Shown here: positions 30,101 through 38,865 of the stretch, piece by piece
Numbering within the stretch: position 1 is the stretch's first letter
How the letters are laid out: each line of letters opens with the position of its first letter
Virus record (IMG/VR): IMGVR_UViG_3300027733_001467
Location: 1 to 54,851 of that record
DNA: 54,851 nucleotides
Source: a virus
Lineage: Duplodnaviria > Caudoviricetes
Strand: one strand, 5' to 3'
Made by a program: the position numbers and the translations under genes
The notes under the pieces: generated by a model
What the model saw: only the letters and a program-made list of their open reading frames with translations
Database searches by the model: none
Told to the model about the DNA's origin: nothing

Positions 30101-30289
30101 TTAGTTATTGATGAAGGATTTGGAACATTGGATGCGGATAACCTATCATCCCTATTTATGATGATGCAATATCTTAAAACTCAATTTGATTTCATTTGGG
30201 TAATATCCCACTTAGAACAAATGAGAGATATTGTGGATGGACTTATTGAAATTAAAAAAGTAAATGGGTTCTCTAAGATTAATTTCTAG
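27146..30289 (+). CDS. Fused Mre11/SbcD nuclease and Rad50/SbcC ATPase (gp47-gp46-like)
   Basis: ADIH, AGD, GNHD, HG and GDIH nuclease motifs; Walker A APNAQGKSS, coiled coil with CNFC hook, CSGME signature, VIDEGFGTLD Walker B/D-loop, ISH. Confidence 0.92.
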   Translation: MRLKRIYHIADIHIRNIKRHKEFREVFYSMFEEIKKRGTEDSIIYLAGDIAHAKLEMSPELVSEISWLFTECNKLCPTIVIAGNHDCNMNNSDRLDVLTPIVDALKLPNLTYLKDTQVYGIGDVDFAVFSIFDNKDNWPKANTLFGNKKIALFHGPVDNSTTDVGYVVSSRHFTTEIFDGYDLALLGDIHKRQEMISPSGCKVVYAGSLVQQNFGETLDKHGFLVWDLDTMTYEEVDIQNDYGYYTLDIDGGIVPDVTDMPLYPRLRVRISNTDTADTKRMMADITAKYGVEDFTIIRTDTFNKKKTNDREARLEVDSIADINHQNSLIGEYIERMMPFVTKEDLAGIEKINRDINSRIQPSELQRNISWKPIKFDFSNMFSYGERNVINFDKVTGLMGLFAPNAQGKSSLFDAISFCLFDKCSRAYKASAIMNNRKSDFHCQLEFSVDGVIYGIRREGRTINKGKNVKVDVDFWREGDSGRESLNGTERRDTNQVIETYVGRYEDFIMTALSLQSNNALFIDKSQSERKDLMAQFMGLDIFDKLYDTATNDIKDVNALIRNFRKTDFTSELAQKENDLNSKREEYDSLDADKIELEKRKGEFDEQIINLSQQIVPIQGNLNIDTLNSKLKTIEGDLTTWGDTKSKLVEKHTEVKELVREAKEMIDSKVTINGTDISEAQIQLNLVKGQIKDTLHQIELLEQSIETNKEKLSHLAEHEYDPNCNFCMNNVFVKDARETEKKLGEQGNQLEILNILHGALITQLGELAGVEDQFRQWKQWTDEHSRLITLRERLEADGKTAESRIELLQHQLETAKADIKRYNDNVETITNNTSLVNQIENIKEEKQGIETQISNVNKKMLKLMSEVGATKTYIDNMVAKMEEVKELESKNQLYTFYLDAVKKDGVPYELISKALPAIENEVNNILGQVVDFSISMDTDGKNINARIVYEDQEWALEMCSGMEKFISGLAIRVALINICNLPRPNFLVIDEGFGTLDADNLSSLFMMMQYLKTQFDFIWVISHLEQMRDIVDGLIEIKKVNGFSKINF

Positions 30290-30452
30290 TAACTGGTAAT
30301 ACATTTTTAGGTGTGGTCTTATTCAAAGACTGCACCTTTTCTTTTATAAGGGTCTCTACTAACCCATTTATTTTATATCCTTTCTCTTTACAAAATTCCT
30401 TTAATGCTTGATGTATTTCAGCATCTATTTGTATCATTGCGTACTTTTTCAT
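30279..30452 (-). CDS. Ribbon-helix-helix DNA-binding protein, 57 aa (not in the ORF track)
   Basis: Hand translation MKKYAMIQIDAEIHQALKEFCKEKGYKINGLVETLIKEKVQSLNKTTPKNVLPVTRN* shows a beta-strand/helix/G/helix pattern and fills the intergenic gap. Confidence 0.75.
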   Translation of the reverse strand: MKKYAMIQIDAEIHQALKEFCKEKGYKINGLVETLIKEKVQSLNKTTPKNVLPVTRN

Positions 30453-30455
30453 AAC

Positions 30456-30480
30456 TTTCTTTAGTTTTCTTTAGTTTTCT
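30456..30480. repeat. Tandem 10-bp direct repeat (2.5 x TTTCTTTAGT), candidate operator
   Basis: TTTCTTTAGT TTTCTTTAGT TTTCT lies directly upstream of the RHH start codon. Confidence 0.7.
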
Positions 30481-30495
30481 ATATATAATTATAAA

Positions 30496-30521
30496 GATAA
30501 ATAATTATTGGAATATTTATC
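30496..30521. promoter_or_regulatory. Back-to-back TATTTATC motifs (divergent promoters)
   Basis: GATAAATA (30496-30503), 10 nt, TATTTATC (30514-30521), between the divergent RHH and tail fibre genes. Confidence 0.5.
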
Positions 30522-30542
30522 ATAGAATAATAGAAACTATAC

Positions 30543-33500
30543 ATGGCAAGAATTAAAAAATACTCCCCAACGATTGACCCGCATTTAAAATACTACGAAA
30601 CATTTTTAGTAGATACTGCGCCCAATTCAAGATACTTTAAGATTACAGAGTTTAAAGATACTTTTACTGGTGGTAAAAATGGATTTTTAATTGAAGGTTC
30701 TCCTGAACTTTTGGAGTCTACGGAAATTAAGATTGAAATTTTAGATGTTGAAGGAAACCCAATTTATTTTGAACCAGGTAATGGTATACCTGAATACTAT
30801 GAAGGTAATTCTAAAGTTATAGCAGTTTATGTTTATGAGGATACCCCAATAGGTACGGCTGATATTACTATATTAGGTGAATTAAAAAAATATTATGATG
30901 GTGTTCAATTAAAAGATATACCTGATGAGTGGAAAGGTATTTATAATGTAAAATGGCAGAGAGATTTTAAAGTAAACAAATTACTTTCAAATGAAGAAAA
31001 AGTAAGATTTTATAAAAGACCTACCATTACTATTACTGAAATTGTTAAACCTTTATTTACAACAATTTTACAACCAACTGTATTAAATGGGTTTGTTAAA
31101 GGGACTCCAATAGCACCATCTAATGAAACCTATTTAAAAGATTGGACATTACCAACGTACTATAAACTAACGGCTGAAAATGATGGAACTAACCCCGCTG
31201 TATTTTTTACAGGTTCTATGGTAGGTACAAAATTAAATTTTAGTCATCAAGTTTATGATGATATTAAAAACTTTAATCTTCCATACACCGACCCAATATT
31301 CGCTGCAGTAAATAGCTATTCACCAACTGTAGTAGAGGTATTAAACTCTACTGAAATATTAGTAACCCAACCATTTACGATAGATAATAAATTTGGAAAT
31401 CCATTTGTACAACCACTTCCAATTACTTTTCCAAAAAACCCCTTACCTTATGATTATAATGGCGATGGTACTAATGATTCAATTGGATTTACTCAACAAG
31501 CCTTGGGTGTACCATTTACCGCATCTTTTATTGATACTAAAAATATTATTAATATAGCAAGTGCACTAACTGGTTCATTTGCAAAAATAGATATAAGAGA
31601 ATTAAGGACATTTACAGGTGATGTAGCTAGAGTTAGGATATTCAGAAAATCTCAATCAGATGTAGGAAATTATCAATTTACTCAAGAGGTGTTATTGGAA
31701 TCAAATGAACTATTAGTAGATTATACTGTAGAAACAAAAAACCAAGAAAATTATGGTATATTTACAGAACCAATTATAACTGATTATTGGGATGCATCGG
31801 CTGGATTGACTACAACATTTAATCAAGATTATTTATACGATTCCGTAGAATTGGATGCTGGGTCTGTACCTAAATATTTTAGTACAAAAGATACATTTAC
31901 TTTAAATGAAGGTAAGGAATATGCTTTAAGTTTTAATATTAGAAAAAACGGAATAGATGATACAAGTTATTTAAGAGCATTTATAAGTGGTTCAAGACAA
32001 GTAACAACAAACGGAGTAACAAAAACAATACAAATTCAGCAAGATTTTGTAAAAATATATACTGACCCCATTATATTACAAAAAACTACATCTACTAATA
32101 ATATAAAAGTAGAACAAATAGATAATGCAAAACTTTATTTTGAAGTAAGAGGAACTAATTGGTATATAGCAAATGTAAGTTTAGTTGCTGCACAAGAAAC
32201 AGCATTTTCTCCTGATGAAATAACATTTATACAATCAGTACCAAGAACATTAACAGCAGAAACTTTTGATTATCGTTTTGAATTTTATGATATAAATAAT
32301 AACTACATACCTGTAAAAGTTGAAACTCAAAAACTTTTTACTGGTGGTAATTTACAAGCAATTAAAAAGGGTATTTTCTTTAATCCAAAAATTTTAACAT
32401 TTACATTTGATTCGGCATCCCATCCAGTACCACCAACTACACAATCATTTAATGTAGAAAAGTTTTTAATTACTGGTTCTATAACTTATACATCACAATC
32501 TTATGATTATAATGGTAATTTATTATCTGGATTAGATTATCTTACTGCAGAAGGAATGCCTGGTTTATTAGATTTGTTCGACCCATTATCAGCATCTGAT
32601 ATAGATAATCCATCTATGACAGTAAATCATTTTACAGGTTCAAACGCAGATAAAACAGTCCAACTTATTAAAATTACAGGAACAACTGAAGGTTATTCAG
32701 ATACAGTTACCTATGTTAGAATATTGGATGGGTTTGGTGGAGTAAACCATATTATTAGACCTTATAGAGGAACACAAATTAGAAACAGTAGTACTCAAAG
32801 TTTAGAAGTACAAGCAATTAGAATAGATGGTATAAATGATATAGAATTAAGTGCAGCATCAAGACCTGATAAAAAATGGAATTTAATCCAACTGCATGTA
32901 CTGAGCGGTTCACAACCTTATCAAAAATTTATTAATTTAGAGAAAGCAAATAGTAGCGGGTTTGTGCAAGGATTAAGTGTTGGTGAATTAGGTAGTAAGG
33001 AATTAAACTTTAATGCCGTATTTAATCGTGATTCTATCAATAAAAGAATAACGGTATATATGATTGATTCTGCATCAGCAGCATACGATTGGGCATATAA
33101 TACATCTGGTTCTGTTTTAGCATCTCAAATATTAGAAGATTTGCAAGATGGATTGGATAGTGGTATAGTTAAATTTAATGCAGATACATTTAATATTGAT
33201 TTTAGAAATAGTCTATTATTTGCACCACCATCGGCATCAGCAACTGCGTCATTTTATATAAGGGGTTCGAATACCCAAACAGTAACTGCATCTTTCCAAG
33301 TATTTCCATCTATGTCAATTAATGATTGGTATGAGCCTGAATATTGGATATATTATACTACTCAAAGTGTGGATACTACAATATCAGTATCAGCTATTGA
33401 TGAGAAAAAAAATGTTGTTAATGCTGGGGCAATCGGTTCGTATATAGGAGCTAATAATAAACAAAGTAAAAATTTAACATTAACATTTACATATACTGAA

Positions 33501-36500
33501 CCATATACTAATGCAACTGCAAATATAGATAAAACATTTACTATTGTACAAAGTGGTAAACCTGGAGATGAAACTATAATATTTGAAGTAACCCCTGCTA
33601 ATGTAACATTAAATGCAAATTCAAAAGGAACGGTATTGGATTACAAACCATCAATTACTGATATTAGATTAAAGCAGGGGTCTAGGTATCTATTGTTTAC
33701 CGCTAGTGCTGGTAATCCTGGTAAAGGAAACGATGGTACATTCCATATAGCTCAAAATCAAATAACATCAATAAACATAAATTCTGGTAGTGTTTATTTC
33801 AATAATTCATATACATCATCTTTAAGTGCTAGCGCAGCATCTAATTTTGTTCAATTAAGTGGTAGTATTACATATCCACTAATCATACATCCTTATTACA
33901 CATCATCAATTTATACGGCAAGTGTTGTACAGCAATTTACAAAAGCTGTAGACGGAGCACCACCAATTCAGGTAATAATAAATCCTGCAAATGTTAATTT
34001 AGGAGCAGACCAAATTGGTATTGTTAAAGATTATAATCAAGCAAATACAATAATCAAATTAAAAGAAGGAACTGATTATTTAGTATATACAAATACTCAA
34101 CAACCTGGTACTTTTAGAACATCATCGGTTACACAAACAAATATTAGTGTATCCACATTAACAGCAGACCCATCCGATACAACAAATTTAATTGTAAGTG
34201 GATATAGTGCTATGAATTCTAATAGTGCTAGTATTCAATATAATTTTGATGTATATCCATACTCACTTTTACCTGGCCATAGAACTGGTTCAATTGCAGT
34301 TAGTGGTTCTCAATATTTTACAAGAACGAAAGATGGGCAAACTGCAAGAAGTGTAACTCTAACAGCAAATTCTTTAGTAATAACTTTTGATGGAGATTCT
34401 TCGAATCCTGATCCTGGTACTATTACATTAACAGCAAAATCATTTGGAGTAACTGGTTCGGCATACTATCAATTTTTTAAAGATGGAATTTCATTAGGTG
34501 CACCGCTTACCGGCACTACAAAAAATTTAAATTCATCATATCTTCCTATTGCTAATGCTAAGTCTGTATATAAAGTTGAATTAAGAGATGGCTCAGCCAC
34601 ATTACCTGTTGCAGCAACTGCCGAAATTACAATAGCTGGTGTTAAGGCTGGTGGTGATGGTTATACTGTAACTTTAACAAATGAAAATACATCTATTGTA
34701 TATAAAGTATCTGGTGCAACTACAACAACGGGAACTGGTACAAGTATATTAGCAAGTAAAGGAACAACAGCATTACAACATGTATCTACATTTAATAATC
34801 AAACCTATGATAATGATGGAACTTATATAGGTTCTTTAGGGCAATATAAAGTTACAATAGATAGTAAATCTGGTTGGTTGGCTTTAGCTGGTAGTCTTGT
34901 ATCTGGGAGTACTGTACCAACTGTTTCAAATGTAGCTGTTCTTGGAGACATATCAGGATATACAAGTCCTAATTTATATCCAACGGCAAATATAGTTTTT
35001 AAAGTAGATGTAGAGGATGGTAGAGCAGTATATTATAAAACAGAATCAATAGCAGTTCAGTATGAAGGAAACACTGGACCTGGTATAGTAATGAGAGGAG
35101 TTTATAAAGCTACAACAAATTATATTGGTAGTGTAGAAACAACAAACTATCGTAGAGATGCAGTAATATATCCAGACCCAACAACTGTAGTAGATGGTGT
35201 AACAACTTACTATGCAGCTGTTAGTGGTAGTGGGCCTGCAAGTAGTGTACATGCACCAAACGCAGGTGGTAATAATGATTGGTGGCAGTATTTAGGAACT
35301 CAAGAATTCTTCATAGCAGCTAAGATTGCAATATTTGATGAATCGTATGTAAAGAATACAATTAATGTTGGTACTTACGCAGATACTTCAAAATTTGCAA
35401 ATGTAATTATAGCCGGCGGTAGAACTGACCCATATATCGCTATTGGGCAGCATGGTACATATGGAACTGGTAGTGGTGGGTACTCACCAACAGACCCTGC
35501 TATTATTGGATATGGACAAGAGGGTATTTATTTAGGAATATACGAATATCCAGCAGTAAACGGAACTACTGGTAGATTCTCAATTAGTAATGCGGATGGT
35601 AGTAAGGCACTTAAATGGGATGGTTCTCAATTAATTATCAGAGGTTCGATAAAACAAACTGACGCTGGTGCAAATGAACCAACATTAAAAGGAGTTTGGG
35701 CATTCGGTATTACTTACTATAATAATGATGTAGTTAGTTATGATGGAAAATCTTGGATATGTACATCTGCAACATCTCACTTTTCAACTAATAATACAAA
35801 TAGTACAACTGGATATCCTGGCTTTGGTCCTTGGAGTACATATATTGATAAAGGTGATACTGGAGCTGGTGTAGTATATAGAGGTCCATTCACAATAGGA
35901 ACGGCATATAGTAGTAGTGCGGTTAGAAAAGATGTTGTACAAGGTATTGACGGTGCATACTATCTATCTAAATTAACATATATACCAGCTAATACTGATT
36001 CAAGACCTGGAGTAGGGCAAACTGCACCAGCTGGTTCAACCGCTGGTACATATTGGCAAACATTTGGAGCAACATTTAGCTCAGTAGCAACTGATATATT
36101 ATTAGCACAAGAAGCTACAATAACAAGAGGATTAGTTATGGGTAGTGATGCTGGTGGTATTGGCGTAATACGTTCTGTTGATGCATATTCTTTTACATCT
36201 GGTAGTGGGTTTTTTATGGATAAAACTGGAATAGCTAGATTCGGAAATCCCGCGGGTAATCAAATAAAATTTGATGGAACTGATTTCCAAATTACTGGTT
36301 CAATAAATGCAACGGATGGACAAATTGGAGATTGGGTTATTGATGAAACTACAAGAGCATTAAGAGATAGTGATTCTCAATTAATATTTGACCCAAATGT
36401 TCCTGAAATACAATTTTATACTGGAAGTGGTGAAGGTAGGAGTAAAAAGGTAAGTATATCCCCACTAAAATTATTATCGGATTCTGGCGGCGGTTCAAAC

Positions 36501-38096
36501 ACTGTAAATTTCACAGGTTCATATTCGCCAGCAAATCCATCAATAACAACAAATGCAGGTGATGGTTCACCCGTATTTGTAACTAGTTATTCAACAAAAA
36601 CATCGACTGGTGGTTCTTCATCAAATGGTACATTTACACCAGCTGACGCAGGTGATTATCAACTAACTATTGTTACTCCTAGTTTTGCAGTAGAAACCGG
36701 ACCTGATACAATATCACATACTTCAACTGAACCAGACTTTGAAGCACCTTACGATGGATACATACATACCGGATATTCTAATGCACAACAAGCATCTGCT
36801 GTTTTATATATAGAAGCCGTAAAAGTTAGTGATAATAGTGTAGTTGGTAGTCACCTTATTGGAAGTTCTACTTCCGTTGGGGCAAAAAATGTAGCTGGCT
36901 ATTGGATTGGGTATCTTGGATATCTTTCTGTTACAGGCGATACATTAATTATAAATGAATTTGGAAACGAAGTTTATGCTAGAGATATTATTAGTGGACA
37001 AAATATAACTGCATGGAATTGGAGTGATTCGTTTAGCACATATAAAGTAGAAAATGTAAAAAGTAGAACTATTGATAAAGTATTCAAAGTTTCTGCTGGA
37101 GGTAATGAAGTAAAAGTATCAGATTCGCATGGATTTTGGTTAGATGGTAACGAACAAATCAAAGCTAAAGATTTAATACCGGGTGTTAGTAAAATAAATA
37201 TAAGAGATGGTAATACTATTAAATTAGTAATTGTAGATGATGTGGAAATAATTGAGGGTGATGAAATGGTATATACATTCTCTGTACCTGGTGTAAATAA
37301 CTATATTTCAAATGGTATAATATCTCACAATAGTCCAATGGGCATGACAAACTGGGTAGAAGTACCTGAAAGTATCAACGCAGGTGGTTATGGCGCAATA
37401 AGTGGTTATACTCAGACAATAAATATGTATATAGATTCTACAACACCAGTACAATTTAGATATAGATTTTATTATTACGCATATTCAGGAGTTCAAACTG
37501 ATATAGGAGCATCCCCACTTTCTTATACCACTACCTATTATCCTTGGACATTTAATACATGGACCACATCACCATCATTTGCTAGTTCTATTATAGTAAA
37601 AGCACCAACAAACTTTGTTGAAATTAATGCAGGTGGAATGCAAGTAGTATCAGATGAAAATAGATACGTTAAAATGGCAAGACAAGAAGTTGGAGTTGGA
37701 GTTTCCGATTTACTTAAAGTTTTGGGCGGAAATATTAAAACAGATACTATATTACCAAATGTGGCAGATACAAGTACTATTGGTACAAATGCGAATCAAT
37801 ATGGACATGTGTATGCTAATAATTTTACTAATAATGCATCTTCAGTAAGTGCAAACGGTTATACAAAATTAACAAATGGAATTATACTACAATGGGGATA
37901 TGCAACCTACACTACAACAGCAACACCTGTGACATTTCCATTAACGTTCCCCACTGCTTGTACGTCTGTACATGTAACAACAAACAGACTTACTAATGGA
38001 GCAGGTGGATATAATCATGCTGGTGATGTAACAACAAGTGGATTTAAAGCAGTATTCGATGCAGTAGGTGGATGGTGGTCGGCAATTGGATATTAA
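30543..38096 (+). CDS. Giant tail fibre / receptor-binding protein containing an intein
   Basis: Ser/Thr/Gly-rich, Ig-like and CBM-like repeats, C-terminal NGYTKLTNGIILQWG fibre-tip domain, followed by a chaperone gene. Confidence 0.85.
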   Translation: MARIKKYSPTIDPHLKYYETFLVDTAPNSRYFKITEFKDTFTGGKNGFLIEGSPELLESTEIKIEILDVEGNPIYFEPGNGIPEYYEGNSKVIAVYVYEDTPIGTADITILGELKKYYDGVQLKDIPDEWKGIYNVKWQRDFKVNKLLSNEEKVRFYKRPTITITEIVKPLFTTILQPTVLNGFVKGTPIAPSNETYLKDWTLPTYYKLTAENDGTNPAVFFTGSMVGTKLNFSHQVYDDIKNFNLPYTDPIFAAVNSYSPTVVEVLNSTEILVTQPFTIDNKFGNPFVQPLPITFPKNPLPYDYNGDGTNDSIGFTQQALGVPFTASFIDTKNIINIASALTGSFAKIDIRELRTFTGDVARVRIFRKSQSDVGNYQFTQEVLLESNELLVDYTVETKNQENYGIFTEPIITDYWDASAGLTTTFNQDYLYDSVELDAGSVPKYFSTKDTFTLNEGKEYALSFNIRKNGIDDTSYLRAFISGSRQVTTNGVTKTIQIQQDFVKIYTDPIILQKTTSTNNIKVEQIDNAKLYFEVRGTNWYIANVSLVAAQETAFSPDEITFIQSVPRTLTAETFDYRFEFYDINNNYIPVKVETQKLFTGGNLQAIKKGIFFNPKILTFTFDSASHPVPPTTQSFNVEKFLITGSITYTSQSYDYNGNLLSGLDYLTAEGMPGLLDLFDPLSASDIDNPSMTVNHFTGSNADKTVQLIKITGTTEGYSDTVTYVRILDGFGGVNHIIRPYRGTQIRNSSTQSLEVQAIRIDGINDIELSAASRPDKKWNLIQLHVLSGSQPYQKFINLEKANSSGFVQGLSVGELGSKELNFNAVFNRDSINKRITVYMIDSASAAYDWAYNTSGSVLASQILEDLQDGLDSGIVKFNADTFNIDFRNSLLFAPPSASATASFYIRGSNTQTVTASFQVFPSMSINDWYEPEYWIYYTTQSVDTTISVSAIDEKKNVVNAGAIGSYIGANNKQSKNLTLTFTYTEPYTNATANIDKTFTIVQSGKPGDETIIFEVTPANVTLNANSKGTVLDYKPSITDIRLKQGSRYLLFTASAGNPGKGNDGTFHIAQNQITSININSGSVYFNNSYTSSLSASAASNFVQLSGSITYPLIIHPYYTSSIYTASVVQQFTKAVDGAPPIQVIINPANVNLGADQIGIVKDYNQANTIIKLKEGTDYLVYTNTQQPGTFRTSSVTQTNISVSTLTADPSDTTNLIVSGYSAMNSNSASIQYNFDVYPYSLLPGHRTGSIAVSGSQYFTRTKDGQTARSVTLTANSLVITFDGDSSNPDPGTITLTAKSFGVTGSAYYQFFKDGISLGAPLTGTTKNLNSSYLPIANAKSVYKVELRDGSATLPVAATAEITIAGVKAGGDGYTVTLTNENTSIVYKVSGATTTTGTGTSILASKGTTALQHVSTFNNQTYDNDGTYIGSLGQYKVTIDSKSGWLALAGSLVSGSTVPTVSNVAVLGDISGYTSPNLYPTANIVFKVDVEDGRAVYYKTESIAVQYEGNTGPGIVMRGVYKATTNYIGSVETTNYRRDAVIYPDPTTVVDGVTTYYAAVSGSGPASSVHAPNAGGNNDWWQYLGTQEFFIAAKIAIFDESYVKNTINVGTYADTSKFANVIIAGGRTDPYIAIGQHGTYGTGSGGYSPTDPAIIGYGQEGIYLGIYEYPAVNGTTGRFSISNADGSKALKWDGSQLIIRGSIKQTDAGANEPTLKGVWAFGITYYNNDVVSYDGKSWICTSATSHFSTNNTNSTTGYPGFGPWSTYIDKGDTGAGVVYRGPFTIGTAYSSSAVRKDVVQGIDGAYYLSKLTYIPANTDSRPGVGQTAPAGSTAGTYWQTFGATFSSVATDILLAQEATITRGLVMGSDAGGIGVIRSVDAYSFTSGSGFFMDKTGIARFGNPAGNQIKFDGTDFQITGSINATDGQIGDWVIDETTRALRDSDSQLIFDPNVPEIQFYTGSGEGRSKKVSISPLKLLSDSGGGSNTVNFTGSYSPANPSITTNAGDGSPVFVTSYSTKTSTGGSSSNGTFTPADAGDYQLTIVTPSFAVETGPDTISHTSTEPDFEAPYDGYIHTGYSNAQQASAVLYIEAVKVSDNSVVGSHLIGSSTSVGAKNVAGYWIGYLGYLSVTGDTLIINEFGNEVYARDIISGQNITAWNWSDSFSTYKVENVKSRTIDKVFKVSAGGNEVKVSDSHGFWLDGNEQIKAKDLIPGVSKINIRDGNTIKLVIVDDVEIIEGDEMVYTFSVPGVNNYISNGIISHNSPMGMTNWVEVPESINAGGYGAISGYTQTINMYIDSTTPVQFRYRFYYYAYSGVQTDIGASPLSYTTTYYPWTFNTWTTSPSFASSIIVKAPTNFVEINAGGMQVVSDENRYVKMARQEVGVGVSDLLKVLGGNIKTDTILPNVADTSTIGTNANQYGHVYANNFTNNASSVSANGYTKLTNGIILQWGYATYTTTATPVTFPLTFPTACTSVHVTTNRLTNGAGGYNHAGDVTTSGFKAVFDAVGGWWSAIGY
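36927..37331 (+). other. Mini-intein / Hint domain (135 aa, no endonuclease)
   Basis: Block A SVTGDTLI, block B SDSHGF, block F VYTFSV, block G NYISNGIISHN followed by Ser(+1). Confidence 0.85.
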
Positions 38097-38109
38097 AAAA
38101 TAAAAATAT

Positions 38110-38481
38110 ATGATTTATTACGCAACATTTAATGAAACGGGAGACTATATTGGATTTTATACCAAAGAAATACATGGTGATAATATTCCAACCCCAAATG
38201 TAGAATTGACAGAAGAGCAATGGCAAGAAGCTATCACTGGTAGATATAAATTAATAGATGGGGTACATACTCATAATCCATTTACGCAGGAACAATTAGA
38301 TACTAGAGAACTATCAATAGCTAGGAGTAAACGAAACAATTTACTTAAGGAATCAGATTGGACCCAATTACCAAATAATCCACTAACAGCTGAAAAGCAA
38401 GAGGAATGGAATGTATATAGACAAAAATTAAGAGATATACCAGAAACAATACCATATGTATTTCCAAATCCACCACTTTAA
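38110..38481 (+). CDS. Tail fibre assembly chaperone
   Basis: RSKRNNLLKESDWTQLP...W..YRQKLRDIP...FP.PP motif, directly after the fibre. Confidence 0.9.
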   Translation: MIYYATFNETGDYIGFYTKEIHGDNIPTPNVELTEEQWQEAITGRYKLIDGVHTHNPFTQEQLDTRELSIARSKRNNLLKESDWTQLPNNPLTAEKQEEWNVYRQKLRDIPETIPYVFPNPPL

Positions 38482-38510
38482 TAAATTTGTAATAAAAAGT
38501 AAAAACTATA

Positions 38511-38518
38511 TATTTATA
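38511..38518 (+). promoter_or_regulatory. TATTTATA putative late-promoter motif
   Basis: Intergenic octamer before ATG 38535. Confidence 0.6.
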
Positions 38519-38534
38519 TATATAAAATAATATT

Positions 38535-38819
38535 ATGGCAATAAAAACTGAAAAATTAGAGCAAGAAGTTCTAGAAAATATAACTTCTTTACAAAACAAA
38601 GCAGCAGAACAAGTGCATGTTTTGGGTGAATTTCACATTAGACTTAGAGAATTAGAGGCTGAAAAGAAAAGAATGCAAGAATTTGTATCTACAATTGAAG
38701 CTGAATATGACAAGTTAGCTACCACTTTAAATGAAACTCTTAAGGGATTGGAAACAAAATATCCTAAAGGAGAAATTGATTTAAAAGAGGGAACTGTTAT
38801 ATTTGATGATGGTCAATAA
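38535..38819 (+). CDS. Small coiled-coil protein
   Basis: Heptad helix ending KYPKGEIDLKEGTV; paralogue of 42257-42652. Confidence 0.8.
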   Translation: MAIKTEKLEQEVLENITSLQNKAAEQVHVLGEFHIRLRELEAEKKRMQEFVSTIEAEYDKLATTLNETLKGLETKYPKGEIDLKEGTVIFDDGQ

Positions 38820-38825
38820 AATAAA

Positions 38826-38857
38826 TTTGGCAATTTAAAAAAAGTTTCGTATATTTG
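38826..38857 (+). promoter_or_regulatory. Bacteroidota-type housekeeping sigma promoter (-33/-7)
   Basis: TTTG (38826-38829), 20-nt spacer, TATATTTG (38850-38857); same ATTTGGCAA context as at 26161. Confidence 0.8.
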
Positions 38858-38865
38858 TTACAACT

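Noticed and set aside
36927-37331. Mobile homing intein
   Set aside because: At 135 aa there is no room or motif for a LAGLIDADG or HNH endonuclease, so it is not called a mobile element.
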